DNA from: Candidatus Omnitrophota bacterium
Lineage (GTDB): Bacteria; Omnitrophota; Omnitrophia; Omnitrophales; Aquincolibacteriaceae
DNA length: 64,000 bases
Assembly (NCBI GenBank): GCA_023247055.1
Contig: JAHFHF010000006.1
Location: forward strand, 600 to 64,599
Reading direction: 5' to 3'
Numbering within the stretch: position 1 is the stretch's first letter; each line of letters begins with the position of its first letter. A model generated the notes under the pieces. The model was not told where the DNA came from and did no database searches. It saw only the letters and a program-made list of their open reading frames with translations. This document shows positions 52,101 to 61,100 of the stretch, in pieces. Made by a program: the position numbers and the translations under genes.

Positions 52101-55100
52101 CGGCCTGCAGTACGACCGCGCCGAAATTAAAGTCAATGAATATACCGCCCTGCTGACCGCCATTGCGGCTAAACGCGGCCAGCTTGAGACCGATCTGACG
52201 GCGGCGCTGGCGCTGGAAGTCACGACGCGTGCGATTTTGCAAACGGCTAGCATCGATTACGATACGGCTCTGGGCGACTATCAGACCGCCCGGGCGGTTT
52301 ACGAAACCACGGCCAATGACATCAACCGCAATGCCCTGCAGGCCAAGTGGATCAATCTGGTGTCCAAAGGCTCTGCGCTTGAAAATATCCGGCTGACCAT
52401 GAGCGATTTACAGGCCAAAATTCAGCGTTTGCGGGATGAACTTTTTATCTATATCCGCGACAGCGGTGAATCTGAATTGCAAGCGAAGCTGACGCAGGCG
52501 CTCGATGAAAAGAACCGCGCGCAGGAGCTCTACGACAAGTCACTGATCGATTGGACGGCTGCGGATGAGCAGGCGGCGGTTTATGATACGTTCGCAAACC
52601 GCGTCTCAGCCGCCGCAGCCGGCGTGGATGACCTTCTGCGCGCCAATCCTAAAGCTGAATTGGAGCAGGTGGGCGTGACGCCTGAGACCATCACGGTGGG
52701 CGGCGTAACGCAGATTATTTACAAGCCTGTCTATGCCAAAACACGGCGTGCTGTTCTGCGCGACGAGCTTTTACAAGCGCAAAAAGAAACGCTGGCGGCA
52801 ACGCAGGAGCGTACCGGTCTTGAAAAACGCTATAACGCCTTGCAGCAAAGTTTCAATGTTGTTGTCCAGCCCATGGGTGCCGTCGCGCATGTCCAGGATT
52901 TGGCCCAAAGCTATGTCAATTACACCGAAGGGTTGGAAGCGCTCAGCCGGCTCAAACAGGAGTCTGAACGGACTATGGCTCTTTCAAAGAGCCTGGCGTC
53001 TCTGTCCCAGAGCGCCTCGCCGGCCATCAAGAATGAAATGGATAAAATCCAGACCGGTTTCAAAACGCGGCTTGAGGCGATTTCCGGGGAAATAAAGGTT
53101 TACTTGAATCCTTACACCAGTGCGTGCACGAGCCCAAATAACTGCGAACCCGGTCTGCTTCAGGTCGTTCTGGCGCGCATCCTCCGCACCGTGGAAGGAG
53201 AGCCCGTACACAGCGCTGCGACTCCCTATGACTTCACCAGTGTGACCACAGCGGGAGTCATTACGCCCATGATGCAGATTAAAACTGCCAATGAGAACGC
53301 CATCAGCCGGGTCAAACTCTCGACACAGTACGACCGTTTGGCCAAGGAACCGCTTGAAGATAACAAGAAGATTATTGGAGATTCCACGAAGGTGCTGCAA
53401 GCCCTGGCCAAACGGGCGCGTGAGGAATTCCACTATGCGGCGACGCAAACCCTGGTGACCAAGACTGAAAATGCGGCTGCCGCGATCACGCTCTACAACA
53501 TTTCACCAGCCCAGCTTGAGACGGGTTTTGACGTGCGCCTCGATGCGGAAGCGCTGACCGAAGGCGATTTTGAAAATATGCAGGCCCAGCTTGCCCTGCT
53601 TAAATCCGATACGCCGTTTATGCAGGTGACGGCGATTCTTGCGGACATCCAGCATATTTTGCCGGCCGCGGTGCGCATGGCCTCTTTGGCGCGCGACCGC
53701 CGTGCGGCGGAACTTGATCAATTGACCAATACGGCGATTCCGGGTGCCGCTGATGAACGCGTCAAGGAATTGCTGCGTGTCAAAGCCAAGTTTGTGACTG
53801 AGCGCCTGACCCGCCTGAATGACCTGGTGGATTTTTACCGCGGCTTTAACTCTCTAAGCCAAACGCTCTATAACGCTTACAACGAAATGGATAAATTGCG
53901 GAAACTAACCGGAGCGATTAACGAACTGCGCAATCAGTTGACTTCAGCCTCGCTGGCCAATGATGCGGATCTGGCCTTGGCGTCGCGGGTCAGCCAGATG
54001 CAGACGGCGGCTCAAACGCCATTCCAGAATTTGAGCCGTGTTTTGGCGAATTATCAAGGCTGGTTGACAGGTGATATCCAGTTTGATGCGTCTCTTTTCG
54101 CCAGCCTGCGTCTTTCCGCCAATGCATTGATGTCGCGCATGATCGACAATATGAATTTTTCCAACTACCTGCTGCAGCAAACCACGCAGTTCGGCGCACG
54201 GCAATTCGGCAGTCTTTCGATGACGGAAACTTATCAATTGACCGGCACGCGCGAAACCGGCTGGGCCAATGAACTTTTGAGCCAGACCGGATTTTTTAAT
54301 ACAACCTCCGGCCCGCAGATTTCCAGAATCGTACGCTATCACGACGGCAAGGCCCAAGACGCTTCGTTCTATTGGTATCATCCCGAAGCCAAGACCCAGC
54401 ACCATGTGGATTCTCTGGATGGCACCAGCCTCAATATCACTGGCCGCATTTACTATCAAGACCCGGCCGTGCCGCCTGATCCGCGCAAGCCGATTGGTCA
54501 AGACGTGCGCATTGACCGCTATCTCAATCCGGTGACGCCCGCGCCGTACAATTGGTCTGGAGTGACGCCGGCGGATGCGCGCAATTTCGCGCAGCTGCAA
54601 TACTCATATTACGACAAAGACCGCCAGGCGCGCACACAAGGCCAATCGCTGACCTATGAAGAAGTCAGCACACCTACAGGGATTACGGGGTTGACGCGCC
54701 TGACCGATACGCGTTATTCAGGCCAGCAAAATTTTGAGCGCGTGCAGATGAACCGCCGCTACCGCCTGCTGGATGCTACGCTTGATCTTTCGGCCTCGAC
54801 GCCCATCGGCATTCCGGGTCTGGATTCGGCCCCGGCCGCAGCCATGGAAAATGCATTTCTGGAGATTGAACAACGCTATTACTATCAAGCCTTGGCATCG
54901 GACAATGATCTGCAGGTGAGCGGCCGCAAAGACCCGTTTGCCGCATTCCTGAATCCGGCCAATGCCGGCGCGCTCTATCCAGATTATGACGCGGATGAAC
55001 TGGGCGGGGATTCGCGCGATCTGGACGTTTTGGGCGAAGTCCAATATTTTGAAGATGGGACCGTACAGAAGTCAATTACCCTTCAGCGCGGCCAAGACCA

Positions 55101-58100
55101 GATCGAAACGCCCTTTGCGCGTGTCACGCTGCGGCGCCATAATCCAGCCTGCGGCCTGGCGACGTGCCCTGAAGAAATGCGCGTTGATTCCGTCACGCTC
55201 TTTGCCACGGATGAAACCGGGGCCGTACGCGAGCAGGTGCTGATCCGGCCGCTCGATCCATCGGCTCTGCCGCTTTACGATTCTGTCGTCAATCTCATCA
55301 CGACTGAAAAAGGCGATTTGAGCGGCATTCTTACCAATGGTGCTTTTACATTGGCATCGCGGACCCTGTTTGACGGAGCGCGCCAATCCGAGCGTGTGAC
55401 GCAGGTCTGGCAGTTTGAGCCGCGCGAGACCCAACAGATCCAGAACCTGGCCGATCTGGTTCAAGCCGGCACAAGTCCGTTTAATTCATCGCTGGTCGGG
55501 CTGGATATTCTGCGGAATTTCTCTCTGGCCTCGCTGACCAGCTATTTTTATCACCCGGATAACAGCCTGGATTACACGGTGGGTACGCGTTTTCTGCGTC
55601 AGAACACCGGACCGGCTGAGACGATACGCACCGAATATGCCAAGGTCCGCGGCCAGAGCAAGATCGCCCGGACGATTGAAAATGATGGTGTTGAACACCG
55701 CTTTACCGAAGCCCTGTATTCCGAAACCGCCAATTTCACCTGGGGCCAGGATTTCGTTTTCACGGTGCGCGGTAAAAACAATAAAGATACCGCCTTTAAA
55801 TGCCATATCAATGCCGCTGGCGGCTGTGACGTTTCCGATCCTGTGACGGGCGCCATGATCGGCGTGATCAGTGACGGAGGCTTCTTTATCGCCTATACCG
55901 AAGACCGGGACGGCGACGGCCTGCTGGATGGCAGCGAAGATGCCAACGGCAACAACGTGCTGGATCCCGGCGAAGATACGCTGCCGTTCAACGGCGTCCT
56001 TGATCCGTCGGAAGATACCAACGGCAATGCGGCCCTCGATCAAAAGCGCTATCGCGTGCGCATCATTCATAACGGCAATCACGGAACACTGGTGCTGGAG
56101 GGGGATGAGGTCATCTCCGTGGCCCAGGCCGGCAGCCGCCTTGAAAGCCTGCAGGAAGAGCAGAGTTTCTACTTCACCTGGGGCCAGGACTTCGAGTTCA
56201 GTTATCTGTGGGAAAACGGAGTGCAGTCGCGTTTTAAATGCCATATCAACGTGGCCGGCGGCTGCGATGTGACCGATTTGCGCACCGGCGAATTCATGGG
56301 TAGTGTTGTCAATCTCGGCACTTTTACCTACGACGAAGACCGGCCGGCGCTTTTATTCCCGAACGGTAACGACCTGCTCGACCCAAGTGAAGATATCAAC
56401 AACAACGGCATCCTGGATCTTGGAGAAGACATCTTCGCGCCCATTGGCGTGCTGAACCTGGCGGAAGATATCAACCAAAACGGCCGCATCGATGTGCGCA
56501 ACTATACGCTCGATTTGCGCCAAGACGGCACGCGTGGCACGCTGATTTTACGCCGCAATGAAATCGTGCCGCGCATTTTTGAATCGGAGAACGTGACCAA
56601 TCAACTTCTACGCACGCGCAATAATACCAATTTCACGGCCACTTCCGAAGGCACGACCAGCTATACCGACTCTGAAGGCCGGCGTCTCAAGGCCGTCGAT
56701 GCTTTTGGCAATGTAACGCGTTACTTCTACCGCCGCGACCCGCTCAGCGGTGCGGTCTTGACCGACGTGCGCACGGGCCAGCCGCTCGAAACCTATGTCC
56801 TGGACGCCAATAACAATATTACTATTTTAGGTGCGGAAGGGGAGCGTCTGGCCTTCATCGATTTCTCGGCCCACATGGAAAAAGGCAGCCCGGTGCTCAA
56901 GACCGGCATTTACCAGGACATCCGGGTTTGGAACGAAACGACCATGACGCTGGATGTGGTCACGATCGATCAGAACATGCAGGGCCGGACCGATCTGCGT
57001 TATCTGGCGCGGCCCGATATTCTGACGAACCCAGCACTATGGTGGTTTAGTGATCCCGACCTGGACAGCACACTCCTCACTGCCGCGGAGCGGGCCGAAA
57101 CCATCAGCCCAGCCATACACTGGTTCGATTATGACCGCGATCCGGCCACGGGCCGCATCCGGCGCGGGGTGAACGGCGAACCCATGAAGATGATCGAACT
57201 TTTCTCCGAACGCCAAATGCCGCAGTACAAGACCGAGTACGGAGCCACGCATCGCGATGTGACTCAGCGTATGTACTATGAAGATGGCCGGTTAGTAGGC
57301 AACGACACCAAGATCCGTGACCCACAGGCGGAATTGGATACCACTCTGCAGAACACCTATCAAAAATACACGCATGTGCGGATGCGTATTGACGGCGTCT
57401 TTGAAATCGTGCGCAACAGCGAGCAGCAGGAGCAGGAGGACATGCTGGCCTGCGCGTCGTCACCGGCAGGGCCGTGTGATGTCACGTTCCGGCGCAATCA
57501 TGCAATCCGGCTGGCTTTTGACTCAGACACGGGTGCCTTATCTGGCCAGGGACTCAACAACAAGGCCAACCAGCAGTCGCTGGATCTAGGCAGTTTTGAT
57601 TTTGAATCTACGTATCTCGATCCGGACACACTCTATGTGAAACGCATGCGCCGCAGTAACATGGCCGCAAGCTTCCAGCCCGAAGTTTCCATGCTCTATA
57701 AACGCAATTGGCACGATGATGCGAACCATAATGGCCGGCAGGATCCCGGCGAAGGCGGCTCTTCAGGCTGGCGCGGGGCCGTTTGGGAACTCAAACAAAT
57801 TATCAATCCAAAAACGGGACCGGTTATGGTGAACATGCCTAACTCTGCTTATTCGTCCGGCGGCCAGGCGTATAACCGGCTTGTCCAACAAGGACCCACG
57901 GCATACAACCTCATAGGGGCTGCGCCGATAACTCTTGCTCCTCTTGCGGATGGTACGCCGGTTTATGCCCCGCCGACAGGGTGGGATATTGCCCCGTGGG
58001 GAGTGAACGCCTTAGAAGCAAACCGCACACTTCCGTTCTATCAGTATGTGCGAGCGCCGGTTTCTCTCTATGAAAAATACTACACTGAACAGACCAGCCG

Positions 58101-61100
58101 CATTTCCAGCATGCTGGCAGGAGGCTCCAACCTGCAAATGCTTTATCGCGGCAGCCTCGATTTGTATGCGGGGCTTGGTGCGGCCGGCGAAGATCAGCCC
58201 AATACGAATGCGGCCATCGCTGCTGGGAAGTTCCAATCTGGATTCGATTGGGACACGACCGGTTCCAATAGGCACGCGGGAACGGAGCGTAACCGCCTGA
58301 CCGGTGAAATCTTCCAGCGCCTGATCGGCGTCAATCCGGCGGCAAAAGACTATCAGCCGACTCTAAACCTGTACTTTACGGGTGAACAGACTATCGGCGC
58401 GCTCAATTTTGACATACCGTCTTACGAATATATCTGGAACCCGGTGACACTGCAGGTGGACCGCCTGCCACTCTCAATCAACGCCAATCTGAAAGTGATC
58501 GAAAAAGCCGACGTGGCTAGAGTCGACGGCGGTTTGTCCGACCGCGCTTTTGATACGCTCGACCAAAAAGACAATGCGCCGCCGCTGGAAGTCACCACCG
58601 AAATTATTAACCGCGAAGTCAACCTTCTGACCGAAACGCTCACCCGGTCGCTGGATGCAAAAAACCAAGCGATACGTTTTGCCGTCAACGCCCTGCTGAA
58701 AGGCGCGGATGGCTTAGGGACAACCACCGGCTTGCAGTTTTATGAAAACATGGAAGACCGCGGCGGCTACTATCAGGTTTACGAATTTCTCTTCACCGAC
58801 CAAATGCCGCCGGCCGCGGCTATCGACGAAGTCGCAGCGGCCTATAAAAAACTGGCATTGTCCAAAGGATTGTCGTCCGCCGGTCTGGCTGGTTTCCTGA
58901 AAAACCTTACGAATGCGGGCAGTGTGCGGACGGATAATCTGTCCGGCGGCGCGCAAAATGCGCGTCAGCAGGGCTATTCCAAGAGTTTGGCTGACAATAT
59001 CGTGAACACGATTGTGTATTCAGCGGCTGTCATGGCGACCAATATTTGGGGTGGTGGGGGCCTGGGCGCCGCTTCGATGGATGGCGCGCTGATCGCGCCG
59101 GAGGGCGATCTCATCACGCCGCGTTTCGACTCCTCTGACCAGACCAACCGGGGCATCGTCAACCCAATGATCGAAGACGGTGAACACCGCTACACGCTGA
59201 AACTTCTGAAGGCCTATTCCACCAGCTTGACGGAATTCGCCACGCAGTTTGATCCGCCGGTGGAAGCCGACGATTACCGCGCCAATCAGGAAGCCAAAGA
59301 AACGGGCCAGACCCCGGATCAGACGATTGACGAACTCATCCGCAACGACGTCGGGCTGACGCATACGATTGAGAATTACGTAGCAACCCGCATCCAGTCC
59401 GGACAAATTGCTGCCGTCAGTGCGCGCGACTTCCTTGAAGAGTATCTTTGGGAACTTGCTCCGACGACCGGGACGCAGCCCAAGAATCTGCACGTTGGCC
59501 GCGAAAAAGCGCGCGAGATGTTCTTTGAATTGCCTGAGCTCCTGCGGAAGTTCTACAGCGAGTCGCACGGGGCCAAGGCCGACAGCGAAGCGCTCGGATA
59601 TCTTGAAAGCCTGGTCAATTACCTTGTGCTGCAAAACGGAAATCCCGTGGGCAGTGACTTTAGCGGCTTGGAAATGAAAGACAAAATCAAGAAACTGGCC
59701 GAAGACCCCACGTACAGCATTGATTACGTTTACGATTCCTGGCTCTTTAAGGCGGTTGAGAAAATCATTGCGGCGACGCTGAATTACCAAAACGAGAAAC
59801 AGGAAGCCTTTAAGGATTTTTATAAGGAAGTGCTTTATACCAATCAATCGACGACCAGCCTTGGCGATGTCATGGGGCTTCTGACGCACAACATCGTCAC
59901 GACCGCCGCGATTGGCGGCACGGATACCCGCGTCGATGTACGGCCGCTTTTGGATGAAGTTAAAATGGAATACCGTGCTTTTATCACGGAGCGCCAGGAA
60001 GAAGCGAAGCGCACGGCCACCGAACTTTCGCTGCAGAGCCAGCAGCGGCATGTCTCGCTGGCCGGCGGCGACCGCGGCGCGCTTGAGGGTGATCTGGATG
60101 TCCTGGCTTATGATAAACGCGAAAAAGAACTGAAAGACTTGCGCGAATTTTTGGGTTGGAAGCCGGTGGCTAGCGGCGGTTACGAATTGCCGCTTCCCAC
60201 GGCCACGGCACCGGCTGACGACTGGGAAGATTACTGGGACCGTAAAAAGTTCACGGAAGGCTGGACCGAAGCTCCCAGCGCATTTCAAGAAGCCGCTCCG
60301 GCTGGCGAACTTTACATCCTTCCCACCAAAGCCGACAAGGCCCTGCCTGCGAGCCAATATGCCGCAGGCACGCTGGATAACTATGACTTCGGCCTTGAAA
60401 AACTTTTCCACAATACGCTTGATTCGATCCAGCTCTTGTCGGAACAGACCGTAGCCGGCCTCGAGCAGCTCAGCGCCGCCGAACCGCCCATTCCGATGAA
60501 GGACCTTGTGGGGATTGAGCCTGGCGCCGAAACGCCGCTCAATCAGCTTTTCGCCAAATACTTTACACCGGTTTGGGATAAGGGGCGTTTGGAATATAGC
60601 GGCAATATGACAGGCGATATGACGATCCGGCTTTCCAACATGGACAGCCTGACTAAAGACGTCCTGGCCTACGCCGAAAAAATCCTTAAAGACCCGAAGT
60701 CGGCGATTAACGATCTCGATTCTGGCCTGCTGGATTTTGAAGACATCTTTTCAAAATTGCGCGAGTTGGATAACTCCCTGGCCCTTTTCCACGAAACCGA
60801 GTTCAAACGTGTCTATGACAATAGCGTGCTGGTCTCAAGCGCCAACCCATTCGATCCGGCAGGCCTTGGCGATATCTATGATTTTGCCCATGCGCGCACC
60901 GTGCCCGTGGCGCAGGTCGATCATATGCTTGATTTTGTCAGTCAGCAGATGAACCGCTATTTGGATGTGACGCGCGTCTTTTTGGCCGGTTATAACCAGC
61001 TGCGTCAGTCATTTGGCCTGAACCAGGCTGCGGAAGAGCTGCGCTTTGATCTTGAGACCATGGATCTTGACAAAGGTTTGGACGAAATCCGCAAAGTGGA

